A stretch of 64,000 nt of DNA from Thraustochytrium aureum (lineage: Eukaryota): the NCBI GenBank assembly GCA_012862495.1, contig BLSG01000092.1, positions 15,221 through 79,220 of the forward strand. Reading direction: 5' to 3'. A program made the translations under genes and the position numbers. Positions 49,947-61,191 of this stretch are shown piece after piece (positions within the stretch are counted from its first letter, which is position 1; each line of letters starts with the position of its first letter). The notes under the pieces were generated by a model that worked only from the letters and a program-made list of their open reading frames with translations, had not been told where the DNA came from and made no database searches.

Positions 49947-50861
49947 CTGCCGCTGGCCGGCACCTCGCTGTACGTTTGCTGGGGCGCCATCTTTCAGTTC
50001 ATGATGGAGGTCTCTAAGGCCAAGGGGTGCGGGCCGGGCGAGTGGCCCGGCGAGCTCCTCAACTGCTCCACGGAGGCTTGGCAGCAGCACGACGTGTTTG
50101 TGCAGGCCTACGTGGACGTGACGTCCACGGCGATTGGCTGGCAGTCGAGCTCGCAGCTTCTCATGTTTGTGCTTTCAGGCTGCACGTTCCTGCACACCGA
50201 GTGCGCGCGGCGCGGGGTCAACCCGCTCGTCTCGATCAGCTATGTGCTTGTCGGGTTTCTGGGCGCCATCTCGCTCGCATTCCCGCTGTTGTTCGCGCAC
50301 CTCTTCGTCCTGCGCGGGCACAACGCAAGCAAGGCTGTCACTGTGCCCGTCGTGCTTGTGGTTTGCAACCTCCTCGCAATGGGCGGGGTCTCACTGCTGC
50401 CCCTCACGTATGAGACCCACCGGCACACCGTCTATCGCTGGGCCCTGCTGCTTGTGCACTTTATCCTCGCGCTGCCCTGCCTCGTGGGCCGGCCCCAGAT
50501 CGTCAACAGGGAGCAAGCAAGCACCCAGCGAAACTACTTGGCGGCGTTTTACGGGTTCTTGGCGGGGTCTAGCTTGCTCATGCACATTAAGAACGTCTCG
50601 CTGGCCGCGCTCAAGTTGGACTTGGCTGGCGAGACCCCCGCGGGCATTGCCGTGGAGCTCTTTCTGGGCCCGTTCGAGGTCTCCTCGTGCCAGTACTCGA
50701 TTTCGTTCGACGTAGTTTTCACCAGCTTGGCCGTCATGGCGTTCATGATCGGCTCCAACTTTGGCCGAGGGCTCATTTTCGCTGCGCTCACGCCGTTTCT
50801 GAGCGTTGCAGTCACGTTCCCGATGTTCTTGGCCCTAGAGCTGCAATCTGCGAGCGACTAA
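49947..50861 (+). CDS. Multi-pass membrane protein with internally duplicated DUF2834-like motifs (5' end in gap)
   Basis: About 7-8 hydrophobic segments; repeated ISLAFPLLFA / SVAVTFPMFLA motif. Confidence 0.55.
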   Translation: MPLAGTSLYVCWGAIFQFMMEVSKAKGCGPGEWPGELLNCSTEAWQQHDVFVQAYVDVTSTAIGWQSSSQLLMFVLSGCTFLHTECARRGVNPLVSISYVLVGFLGAISLAFPLLFAHLFVLRGHNASKAVTVPVVLVVCNLLAMGGVSLLPLTYETHRHTVYRWALLLVHFILALPCLVGRPQIVNREQASTQRNYLAAFYGFLAGSSLLMHIKNVSLAALKLDLAGETPAGIAVELFLGPFEVSSCQYSISFDVVFTSLAVMAFMIGSNFGRGLIFAALTPFLSVAVTFPMFLALELQSASD

Positions 50862-50953
50862 CACTGCACCAACAAACGAATCATCAGTTCAATTCCGGTG
50901 CTCTAGTCCCCCCATCCAACGGCCCTGGGCCACAACGCGCGCCGGGGCCCATC

Positions 50954-51823
50954 TTAATGAGCCAGCGCTGCAGGCTCCACAGCGCCTTCGGGCGTTGGGC
51001 CCGATCCCTCAAGCTCGCCTGCGCCAACGGCGGCCTCACAGGCAGCCGGCTGCGACTCCGGCTCGAGGTCGGTCGGTTCGGCTTGCTGCACAGCAGCGCG
51101 CTCCAGCCGCTGTTCCTGCGCCTTGAGAACAAGCAAGTGGTGAATGCACTCTAGCACCACGGCCCGCTCCTTGTGGATATCGGATCCGAGCAACTTGCGA
51201 AGCAGCGACGGGCTGCCCCCAGGGCGAGCTGTGGCATGAAGGAAGCGCTTGCGCTCGGCCTTTTTGCGCTGCGTGATGAGCTGCTCCGTCCGGGCCTGCT
51301 CGTCGTGCGAGAACGTGCATCGCCGGCCGTGCCGACAGCTACCGCGCAAGAACCACCTACACAGCGTTGGCCCGCGGCGAGTCTTGGCCGCTTCGTCGTC
51401 GCCGGCTTGCTCTGCAGCCGCAGCGGACTCGTCGGGCAGCGCCTGACTTGTAGCAGCAGCTTGCTCGGCGGTGCGCCTTTTCCACATTCTGCTTGGTGGG
51501 GTAGTTGCGTCGTCGCGCCTCGCGCCACGCGGCGACCTCCGCGGGAGTGGTGCCGACGCTGTGCGCCGCCAGATACTTTGGCGCGAGAGACTCGATCCCC
51601 CCGCTGCTCTTGGCCTTTTTGTTGTTGCGCCCGCGCTGCTCTGGCTCAGCGCGACGCTTGCGCTCCGTGTTGCTGTGGCGACCCGGAGCCCGCAGCGCCG
51701 CGTCCTTGGGTGCCTTGGCAGGGCCTCGGGCCGGCTCCCGACGCCGGTCGCCAGGATCACGCCGGGGGGGGCTACTTTCGTCTCGGCCCGCCCGAGCCCG
51801 CTGCGGCGGGGCAGCTCGTTCAT
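50954..51823 (-). CDS. NUFIP1: NUFIP1/Rsa1-like snoRNP assembly factor with a CCCH zinc finger (frameshifted; 5' end uncertain)
   Basis: An alternate frame at ~51480-51560 reads TPAEVAAWREARRRNYPTKQNVE (NUFIP1 signature); CRWFLRGSCRHGRRCTFSHD; C-terminal SLLRKLL..DI..ER..VLECI. Confidence 0.8.
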   Translation of the reverse strand: MNELPRRSGLGRAETKVAPPGVILATGVGSRPEALPRHPRTRRCGLRVATATRSASVALSQSSAGATTKRPRAAGGSSLSRQSIWRRTASAPLPRRSPRGARRDDATTPPSRMWKRRTAEQAAATSQALPDESAAAAEQAGDDEAAKTRRGPTLCRWFLRGSCRHGRRCTFSHDEQARTEQLITQRKKAERKRFLHATARPGGSPSLLRKLLGSDIHKERAVVLECIHHLLVLKAQEQRLERAAVQQAEPTDLEPESQPAACEAAVGAGELEGSGPTPEGAVEPAALAH

Positions 51824-52399
51824 NNNNNNNNNNNNNNNNNNNNNNNNNNNNNNNNNNNNNNNNNNNNNNNNNNNNNNNNNNNNNNNNNNNNNGGACCAGC
51901 TCCGCTGCCCCAGTAGTTCATTCTCCAGCCCTCTCGCCGGGTGGGCAGGGCAGCCTGGCCACCCTTGCCCAGCCCGCTGCGGCCCGCGAGCGAACGGGCG
52001 GCGCAGCTCGACTTCGCCCGGGAGAGAACGGGTGGTGCACGCTGGGCGCCTCGGCGTCAACTCCCTCCGCCCACAAGACCAAGCCTCTCGCCCCCCAGGG
52101 GGCGGCGCAGCAGTGCGCGATGCCAGCGCCCTGACCAGCGAGCAAGGGAGCGAGCGAGTCCGCCGAGCAGCGACGGGCCAATCCACCGATCGAGGTCTGG
52201 CGGCGTGGGCTCCATGAAGGTGGAGGAGGGTCCAACTCCAATGCTGCATCCCGCGGCGCCTCGCCCACGCCCCGCGCGCGCTCCAGAGACGTGAGGAGCC
52301 CGCGCGCCAGCTCGCCCGCCGCGCGCTGTCTGCACACCCGCGCGGCGGCAAGCAGGTACAGAGTTGGTGGCATTCTTCGTTTCCTTTGTTTCATTCGTC

Positions 52400-52984
52400 A
52401 TGGCGAGGAAGAAGGCGGCGGCGGCGGCGGCGGCGGCGGCGAGCCCGAAGCACGGTGAGAATTCCGGCGCCGGCGCGGAGGCGCCTGTGGTGGGCGACGA
52501 GGCCAAGGGCGTCCCCTCGGTCGCCTTCGTTTTGCCTGTCGTGCTTGGCGCCGTGCGGTTCAGCGGGTTCGAGTGGACCGACGAGCTCCTTTGGTTTGGC
52601 CAGCTGGTCGTGGTGGCGGAGGCGCTCCTTGCGCTCGCCGTGCTCTGGTTGATCAAGAGAAAGGTGGAAGGCGCCGCTGACGTGCTCTCCAAGCAAAAGG
52701 TTCGCGCGCACAAGCCTGCCGAGGCGCTAGGCGGGGAGGCGACCCTCGAAGAGACCAACATGCTCGCGTGGGAGCTCGCCCAGCTCTCTGCGGCGCAAAA
52801 GCCAGTGTTGATCGGGGCATTCGTGGCGTTTGCGATTCCGATGGCGATGGGCGTCAACCAGCCCGTGATGCTGCAGGCGCTGCTTATCCCCGTCGAGCTT
52901 GTGCGACTACCGCTTTTCCGCAAGTACATTTTGGGTGGCGCAGTTGCGCCGGCCGCAGCGGCGCCCCGGGCAAAAGCCGAGTAG
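52400..52984 (+). CDS. PHO88/SND3-like ER membrane protein
   Basis: TM hairpin, WE..QL, hydrophobic segment, G.NQPV.LQ..L.P..L...PLFRKYILG; clearly paralogous to the gene at 53676-54660. Confidence 0.6.
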   Translation: MARKKAAAAAAAAASPKHGENSGAGAEAPVVGDEAKGVPSVAFVLPVVLGAVRFSGFEWTDELLWFGQLVVVAEALLALAVLWLIKRKVEGAADVLSKQKVRAHKPAEALGGEATLEETNMLAWELAQLSAAQKPVLIGAFVAFAIPMAMGVNQPVMLQALLIPVELVRLPLFRKYILGGAVAPAAAAPRAKAE

Positions 52985-53675
52985 CGCACCGCGCCCGCTT
53001 GGCAAGCCTCGGCGCGCTCTGCTCCGCGCGCCGCAATCGACCACCACCAACCCCTGCACCTGCCTCAAGAGCCCAACGCGCGCTCTTCGTCTGTACATCG
53101 CAAGGACCCGTGCCTCTCTAGAGCTAGTAGAGAGCTCTCCAGGGAGAGATTGTTAGATGTATTTGCCTACAGGCCAAACTCGGNNNNNNNNNNNNNNNNN
53201 NNNNNNNNNNNNNNNNNNNNNNNNNNNNNNNNNNNNNNNNNNNNNNNNNNNNNNNNNNNNNNNNNNNNNNNNNNNNNNNNNNNNNNNNNNNNNNNNNNNN
53301 NNNNNNNNNNNNNNNNNNNNNNNNNNNNNNNNNNNNNNNNNNNNNNNNNNNNNNNNNNNNNNNNNNNNNNNNNNNNNNNNNNNNNNNNNNNNNNNNNNNN
53401 NNNNNNNNNNNNNNNNNNNNNNNNNNNNNNNNNNNNNNNNNNNNNNNNNNNNNNNNNNNNNNNNNNNNNNNNNNNNNNNNNNNNNNNNNNNNNNNNNNNN
53501 NNNNNNNNNNNNNNNNNNNNNNNNNNNNNNNNNNNNNNNNNNNNNNNNNNNNNNNNNNNNNNNNNNNNNNNNNNNNNNNNNNNNNNNNNNNNNNNNNNNN
53601 NNNNNNNNNNNNNNNNNNNNNNNNNNNNNNNNNNNNNNNNNNNNNNNNNNNNNNNNNNNNNNNNNNNNNNNNNNN

Positions 53676-54660
53676 CGAGCTCGCCGCGCGCTTTCGCGAC
53701 GTCGAGGAGAGCAACTAGCGTCTCGGCGCTGCCGTAATATGCGGCCCAGTGCAGCGCAGTCCACCCGTCAGAGTCTTGCACGTCCAGCGCGGCGCCATTG
53801 TCAAGCAGGTGGCGCACTGTAGGGACCATTTGCGCACTCGCATATTTTGCGGCAATCATGAGGATCGTCCAGCCTCCGACGGGCGTCGGCAGGTCGACCA
53901 GTTTGGCCTCAACAGCAAACTCGGCCACGGGCTTGCAAGCGGCGACCTGCGCGCTCGCGTCCAGGCCCGCCCGCGCTGCCCGCAAGATATCGGCGACAAG
54001 TTTCTCGGACAGCTCCTTTGAGCCGTCGCTGACGCCCAGCTCGATGCCGACTTTGGCGTCGGGCGCGAGCTTTTCCTCGACGAGCTTGGTCCGGGCAGCG
54101 GCCTCGTCAGCCTTCTTCGCAATCCCCTCGAGGTGCGCCTTGGCTTCCGCCTCGGGGATGGCGCCCCAGGGACGGGCGAAGCGGATGCCGAGCGCGCGGG
54201 AGCGGAAAACCTCTGACCGCACAAAGGTGACCGGCATGAGCACGATCTGCAGGAGGATGGGCTGGTTGTACCCCAAGAAGTAGGGCACGGCAAAGACGGT
54301 CACGAGGCTGATCAGCAAATCACGCTGCAGCTGGTACACCTTGCGCAGCTCAAATTCAGCGACCTTGACGCTGCAGAGCGGCTGCTTTAGTTGCTCCTCG
54401 GTCGCCGCGCCATACGACTCGGTGGGCACCCAGATCACCCTGTCCCTGTCCGCGGCCCTCCTCACCATCGAGCTGATATACACCGACACCAGCAAGAGCA
54501 CGGCGGCCTCGATCACGACCATGACCTGGCCAATCATCACGCGCTCCGCGGTCCAATCGATGTCCTTGGCCAAGTACAGCAGCGGGAGGGCCAGCAGCGA
54601 GGTGGGCACATCCTTGGACCCATCGAACAGCTCCTGCACGCTCGCGCCGGCGCCGCTCAT
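53676..54660 (-). CDS. PHO88/SND3-like protein fused to ankyrin repeats (3' end in gap)
   Basis: KDIDW, FELRK, GYNQPILLQ..P..FR..LG..ARPW; ankyrin GWTILMIAA..V..LL..GA.LD.QD.DGWTALHWAA..G. Confidence 0.7.
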
Positions 54661-54682
54661 CGCGGCCGCTAGAAACCGTCTG

Positions 54683-54741
54683 CAACCCAGCCACCCAACC
54701 AGCCAACCAACCAGCCAACCAGCAAGCCAGCAAGCAAGCCG
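54683..54741. repeat. Degenerate (CAACCAGC/CAAGCCAG)n tandem repeat in the 5' region
   Basis: ccacccaaccagccaaccaaccagccaaccagcaagccagcaagc. Confidence 0.7.
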
Positions 54742-55167
54742 ACGCGCCAGCCCAGGCAGCGAGCGCCCAGCGGCACAAACAAACGATGCGCGTCTGCGTG
54801 CGCTCCGCCCCAAAAAAGCATCTTGACTCTTGAAACTCGTCTAGACTCTTGACATCCAAGACAAGCGTTGCCATTCGCGGGTTAGGGTGCAGGTTAGCGA
54901 AACCAGGGCGAGAGAACAGCAGGGCGGACACGGAACTGGGCAGCGAGTTCCAGGCAGAGCTGCTTGAGAGCGTGCGTGCGTGCTGGCGTGTGGGCGATCG
55001 TGCGATCGTGCGGGGCTCGAGGAGGGCCGGCCGTGCGCGAGCGCCTCGCGGCTTCGAAAGGCGCGTGGCTCTTGCCGGCTGCTGTCGAGCCGGTTGCTGT
55101 GGCCTCACTGCTTCGCGTTGGGTTGTTGGTTGGGCGCATCCGTGGCGCAAGGCGCACGTGGACCGTC

Positions 55168-55231
55168 TGCGCTTGACGCGCTTGAGGCGCTTGACGCGCT
55201 TGAGACGCTTGAGACGCTTGAGGCGCTTGGC
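55168..55231. repeat. 9-bp tandem repeat (RCGCTTGAS) x7 between divergent genes
   Basis: gcgcttgac gcgcttgag gcgcttgac gcgcttgag acgcttgag acgcttgag gcgcttggc, with another copy near 55241. Confidence 0.85.
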
Positions 55232-55345
55232 GCGCGTACGGGCTTGACGCGGCACGTCCACGCTGCGCGAAGGCTCGCGGGACGGGGCGCGGAGGCTGCG
55301 GCGTCACTTGTCCTGCGTGCCTGCGTGGAACCGCGCTCCTGCAAC

Positions 55346-57419
55346 ATGCTGAATGTGCGAGATGCAAAGCGGCCAAGCAGGGACGCGCTGAGGGATATGG
55401 GCGGTGCGCGGGTGGAGAAGAGGCCGAGGCGAAACGTCGTAGGGCGCACGCTGGCAGTGATCGCGGCGGGCTCGAATGCGGGGGCAGGCATGCAACGCGG
55501 CACGGCAGCCCAGAGCACTTGGGCCTCGCGCACAGGTAGTAGTGGGAACGGTCTGGCCCCTGTGCCCAGAAAGCCTGCGTTCGATGTCCTGCCGGACGCC
55601 CAGGCGCAGAGTCCCAAGGAGGACCGTGGCCCCCGGCTCCTCACGTTGGACGACGTGAGCCCGCGGCTCGCCAAGAAGCGGGTGACGAGGCGCAGCAAAG
55701 GGGCAGGCGCAGCAAGTGAAATCAGCAGCAAGAACGACGGGCCGCGCCCGCGCGTTTACGGCTCGCACGGGCATCGCCGAGTCGTCCAGAGGCAGGCCTT
55801 CCTGCAAGGCAAGTTTGGCTCTTCTCCGTCACAGGCCAGGCAGTGAGCTAACGTTTTCATTTGCCTGCAGCGACGCAAGGAAGCGTCCACTTCGACCCGC
55901 GTGTGCGCGTGTCCTCCTTTCAGGGCGCAGACCCCGTAGGTTGGCTCAAAGCCAGATCGCATTCCAAGTAGAAGAGAGAACCAACCGCCCGCCCGCACCC
56001 CCACGTAGATGAGGCCGACCGCCCCCCGCATACAGACCCGGCCGCCCCAACTTGGGCGGCCAGGCGGGTAAAAGATCACGTAGAATCCGCTTCCCTTTCT
56101 CCCGCGCTCGATGGCCACGAGCACGCTATTGACACCTCTTTTCGCGCGCAGGCCAGTGTCCTCGCCTGCGAGCCCGACACGCCGCTCGCGGCGCAGCACC
56201 CCGGTCTCGTCGCTTCCGCCCCCGCAATAACGCAAGAATTCCAGCTCGAGGACGACAAGCTCCTCTCGTTCACCGCCGAAGGCCCAGGCGCGGGCGAAGA
56301 CGAGCAGAGCGCCGAAAGCAGCGACGCGGCGTCGTTTGGGCTCTCGACGTCACCAATCATTGCAAGTCGCCACGTGCCGGCAAGGCCCGTCAGAAGCCGA
56401 GCACCATGCTTGCAGACGCCGGCGGCGAGGCCCAAGTCGGCTCTCCGGGCTCTTCCGCAATCTCAGCCACAAGATCTTGACCTCCAGGCGGCTGAAGCGG
56501 GCCCAAGAGCAGAGGCCAAGCGTGGGACTCTGAAGGACCTCGCCGAGGCGGCCGAGGTCGCCGCAAGTGCGGCGGCGAATCCGTCCCCCGACGTTTCCAT
56601 TCCGGACACTGACCCGCCGGAAGCTGCCAACGCTGACGCGGCCTCGACCTCGATGACCGAATCTCCTGGCAAAGGGGAGATTGCGACCTTCACTTCCATG
56701 GCGGCTGCGCCAGATCTGTCAGCGGTGGCTGAGAGTGCCCCGTCGCCGGGTTCTCTCGACGAAGACCAAGCCGTCCCGTGCTCCGATACAGAGGCCGACG
56801 ACCGCGAAAGCGAGGACTCGGCGGGCTCCGAGAAAGGCTCCGCGAATTCCCCCAGCCGCGGCTGTTGAGAGCCCAGGGAAGCNNNNNNNNNNNNNNNNNN
56901 NNNNNNNNNNNNNNNNNNNNNNNNNNNNNNNNNNNNNNNNNNNNNNNNNNNNNNNNNNNNNNNNNNNNNNNNNNNNNNNNNNNNNNNNNNNNNNNNNNNN
57001 NNNNNNNNNNNNNNNNNNNNNNNNNNNNNNNNNNNNNNNNNNNNNNNNNNNNNNNNNNNNNNNNNNNNNNNNNNNNNNNNNGAGAATAGCCCAGCGACGC
57101 CTTTCAACATTCGGGACGGCCAACGAACGGGTGTTGCGATCAAGTTTACCGGAATGGACTCGCTTCAGCGGCTGCCCACCGCCCATGCGCGCACGACGTG
57201 CTCGCGCAACCCAAGGTGGACGAGGGCCTCGCCCGGCAAGCCCAACGCGTACGAGCGCTACAAAGCGCTTCGGCGTTGTGCGCTGCAGCGGCTAGGCCAC
57301 GTGCTGCCGGGGCGGTGGCGCGGACCAGGCTAGCTGCAAGGCTCGCCGCGCGCCGCAGGAAGCGCTGCGGGGTTGCTTGGACACGGATCAGCTTGCTCAC
57401 GATCATCGGTTTTCTTTGA
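55346..57419 (+). CDS. Hypothetical low-complexity/disordered protein with one probable intron and several frameshifts
   Basis: Coding-like segments chain from MLNVRDAKRP through a probable intron (55809-55870) into an acidic S/E/A-rich region (ORF 56374); 3' end uncertain. Confidence 0.45.
55809..55870 (+). other. Probable 62-nt GC-AG spliceosomal intron
   Basis: AAG|GCAAGT donor, GCTAAC branch site, pyrimidine tract ttttcatttgcctgCAG acceptor; removal skips the TGA at 55844-55846. Confidence 0.6.
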
Positions 57420-57514
57420 TTTGCTCTCCAGAAAGCTGGAGCGACCCGCTCCTCGCCGCAGTAGCGCTTGAGGCATCGGCAGACATGCGGCGCTCGGCTC
57501 CCGCTGGAGCGCCT

Positions 57515-59007
57515 CTACTTGAGAAGCTTAAAGTGGTGGTTCTTGAGCCGCGTGAGGGCGTGAAAGCCAAACTGCGACAGCGAGAGCCCCTTGCCGGTGT
57601 CCTTGCGCCCTTGCCATGGCATGTACGGGTCCAGGTAGTCTGCGCGGTTCATGAAAACAGTGCCGACGTCCACGCCGTCGGCAAAGCGCTTCGCCTTGGC
57701 TTCGTCGTTGGTAAAGATTGGGGCCGTGAGTCCGCACGTCGACTTGTTGATGCCTGCGACAGCCTCTTCCATCGAGGCCACCTTTTGGAAGGCAATGAGC
57801 GGGCCGAACGACTCGTGCGTCATGCACTGCATCGAGGCGTCGCAGTCAGCGAGCAGCGTCGGCTTGAAGATGCGGGGCCCGCCAGCGTCCGCCGCAGGCG
57901 TGTCGCCGCCGATCACCACACGCGCCCCCTTGGCGCGAGCATCCGCGACGAGACCGGCAAGGTACGGAATGGCCTGCGGCTGCGCCATCGGGCCCACCGA
58001 CGTCGCCGGGTCCATGGGGTCACCGGTGCCGTATCCGCGCTCCACCTCGGCGCGCGCCATCTCGAGCACGCGGTCGTACTGGCTTTCGTGCACAAAGACG
58101 CGCTCGATGCCGCAGCACGACTGTCCGGCGTTGTAGAGGCCACCGTCCACGAGCGTGGCCACCGCGACGTCGAGGTCTGCGTCCTCGGCCACGTAGGCGC
58201 CGTCGTTGCCCCCCAGCTCGAGCGTGCAGTCGATGAACTTGCGGCTCAGCCCGACGCTCTCGTTGACGGCGCGCCCGCCGGGGATCGACCCCGTGAACGA
58301 AACAAAGTCGTACAGCCCGTCCCGAATGCCTTTGTGGACCACGTCGTAGCTGCAGGTGAGCGCGCTGACCAGGCCATCGGGGACCCCTGCGTGCGCGAAG
58401 GCCATGGCGAAGTGGTTGCTGATCAGGGGGGTGCGAAACCCGTGGCTCAGCACGACAGCGTTCCCAGCGAGCACTGCCGGCACGACCGAGTTGACCGCTG
58501 TCAGAAGGGGAAAGTTGTATGGGGCGAGGGTGAGCACGACGCCGACGGGCTCGCGCACGATCGTGCGGTGAAAGTGCTCGGTGTCGCTGTTGTTGGTTGT
58601 GGCGCCGAGCACGACGTCCCCGAGCGCAGCAGGGGCGAGGTCCATCATTGCAAGCGTGCGCTCCTTGAGGCCGCGGATCTCGCCGGTCGAGTTGGTCAGC
58701 GGCTTGCCCATTTGGCCCGTGATGTCCTTGGACACCTGCTCCGCGTTGGCAGCAAAGTACTCGAGGAATCGCTCACAAGCCTTGACGCGCTCTTGCACGG
58801 AGGTCTTCTTCCACTCGCGCTGAGCTGCGGCCGCTTTCGCCTGCTGCGCTGCGACGGCGCGATCGTCCATGAGCTCGACCTTGCAGTACGTCTCGGCGTG
58901 AACGGGTTGTCCACCTCGAGCACGTTCGGCGCTGTCGCCATTCCGCGCGAGCCGGCCACCACGCGAGCCGCACTCGCAGCTGCCGCAGCGCCTCCACGCC
59001 GCATCAT
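57515..59007 (-). CDS. NAD(P)-dependent aldehyde dehydrogenase with a probable mitochondrial presequence (one -1 frameshift at ~58898)
   Basis: PYNFP, FTGS, LELGGND, GQSCC (catalytic Cys), ESFGP; N-terminus MMRRGGAAAAASAARVVAGSRGMAT..VDNPFT in ORF 58696. Confidence 0.92.
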
Positions 59008-59751
59008 CTTGGAGGTTGCAAAGGACGACGCAACCGGCGCGACAAGAAGACGCTGTCTCGAAAGCCTGGCGAGGTTGCCCTTTTTCAGTTTCAGGCGCTC
59101 GCGTTGCACGAGTCCTCGAAACTCGCGCAAGCCAGCGGCCCAACTTCGCTCCTGCTCGCCCTGTCCAAGCTTGGAGCTCGGCCGCCGTCCTCGCGGATGT
59201 CAAGTTGGGGCTCTGCTGCCGGCCTGCGTGGGATGGCGGAGGATGCCACGCGTTTCATCAGCCCCACCTTGTAGGGCGGTCTCGCAGGATACTTGGAGGG
59301 AGGGAGGTGCGCATTGACTTTGATCGAGAGGACGACCGCGTTGCCCGTCTCGGGCGCCAAGGTGGCAGCCCGCATGCGCAGGCTGTCGTCGTTCGATCAA
59401 GAAAGCGCCGTGGAGCTCTCTCTTGTCTTTGGAAGCGGCAGGCTTGTCATCGTGCCAGGTGTGCGTGCGCAAAGGCCTCTGCCGTGCTGGGCGAGCCCGT
59501 CGCTCTGGCAGGCCCTCCAATCGTCGCAGTGTCGTCGCCGCAAGCAGAATCGAATTGGCAGCACGCAGCACAGTACAGTATACCATTGCTAACCGCGCTC
59601 AACGCAACGCGAGCTGCCGGCGGCGAATGCAACACGGACGGCGCGGCCAGTGTGTCTCAGCCGGCCGAATCGGAAAGAGCAGGCACAAACTGGCGCGGGC
59701 GGCGACAACAAGGGGTTTGTGCGCGCGTGGGGAGCGAGGCAGCGCTGCGCT

Positions 59752-60198
59752 ATGGATGGCATAATTGTTGAAGGGCTGAACAGCGCCGTGGCGGGCGAAA
59801 CAACGCCACTCCTGGACTCGGGGACCAAGGCGATCGACACGACCTACTACTGGGGCCTGCTCGGCCTCACGATTGCTATGGAGCTCGTCGGGACGGTCTG
59901 CATGCAGCTAAGCGATGGGTTCGCCAACTTTTGGCCTTCAGTTGGCATCTTTGTGGGCTATGGCATTGCCTTCTCCATCTTCCCGTTCGCACTGCAGGGC
60001 ATCGATCTCAGCGTGGCGTACGCAGTGTGGAGCTCTACAGGGATCGCGCTCACGACGGTGTGGGGCTATTGTTTTGCCGGGGAGACCGTGAGCCCGCTCA
60101 AGGTCGCCTGCATTTCGGGCATCTTGGTCTCCGTCGCGGGCCTCAAGCACGCCGAGGGCGTCGACGCCGCCACCCGAGCTGCAAGCATCGATGGGTAG
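59752..60198 (+). CDS. Small multidrug resistance (SMR/EmrE-like) four-TM transporter with an N-terminal extension
   Basis: W..L..TIAMELVGT..MQLSDGF (conserved membrane Glu), IDLSVAYAVWSSTG, GE..SPLK..G..L. Confidence 0.9.
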   Translation: MDGIIVEGLNSAVAGETTPLLDSGTKAIDTTYYWGLLGLTIAMELVGTVCMQLSDGFANFWPSVGIFVGYGIAFSIFPFALQGIDLSVAYAVWSSTGIALTTVWGYCFAGETVSPLKVACISGILVSVAGLKHAEGVDAATRAASIDG

Positions 60199-61191
60199 AG
60201 CTGGGCAAGTACTGGTACCGGTACTCACTAAGGAGCTCACTTCTGATCGAAAGGACGGGTTCAGGTCCGGCTTGGGACGGACGGACAGATGGACGACAGA
60301 TGGACGACAGTCTTGCTATCTCCCCAGAGGTTGCCGATGGTTGTATTTTGCGCAAGGGACAAAGGCTTCCATTTGTGAGTACTCTACACAGCCGCTCGTG
60401 CGAAGCAGAGCCGTCACACGGCGAGGAAACACCAAATTTCGAAGCAAACAGCGTCTCGGAGGAAGAAACCGAGGGTGTCCGTTGAGGACGACAGGTAGGC
60501 TGCAGGTGTTGATGAGATAACATGCCTGGTGCGGGCCAAACGTCCGACGGCGTCGGACGGCAAAGCCTTCTCACTAGTGATGAGTGGGTGGCGTGAGGGT
60601 GTTGAAACTGCAGCCGTGCGGCCGCATCTCCTAGCCCTCCGCTCAGCGAACCTAATGAGAGACGACTTGGCCGTTGAGTTGTTGCGACCTTTGGCAAAAC
60701 AAACAGAATCTGCCTTGTACCGCACTCCGACATTTGCTCAATCAAATCTCCGCTCTACCTGAGCGCCTAGCGAGAACAGCAAACGCTGAGTGCATGGCGG
60801 AAACAGTCAACGGCTCCCTGAAGCATCCTGGTTGGAAACGGCACGGCTCGGCCGGGTTTCGGTGTGTTCGGGATGCTCAAGGGGCCGATGTGAGCGAGGG
60901 CGTCGCGAATTTCGAACTGGCCAGGCATCGCTCTTGCTTTTTTTTTGCGTTTGAGTCACAGGCGCTTCATCGCTCATCACACTCGTACTTAGCTTCGAGT
61001 AACCTATGAAGCTGCCGTCGCGCGGTTTGGTCGATGACATGTGAATCGCTTTGACCAGACACCTAGCTCACAAGAGCCAGTTTCGCTTGAAACGGGCAGC
61101 GTAGAGCGCAGAGCAACGTCGGCAACCGGAGCGAGCACACGTGGCTGACGTCCGTGGTCGATCGGCAGGTCAGGCGAGGCGGCAGGGACGG

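Noticed and set aside
55168..55250. Tandem repeats as a CRISPR array or telomeric repeat
   Set aside because: 9-bp units with no spacers, no cas genes, eukaryotic context
1..58900. Pseudogene calls for the frameshifted genes
   Set aside because: Housekeeping-type genes (CHAF1A, NUFIP1, ALDH) are equally affected, with intact active sites and no nonsense decay, so sequencing error is more parsimonious
57515..60198. ALDH plus SMR as a bacterial contaminant or operon
   Set aside because: Divergent orientation, a mitochondrial-like presequence on ALDH, a eukaryotic sorting motif on SMR and eukaryotic neighbours
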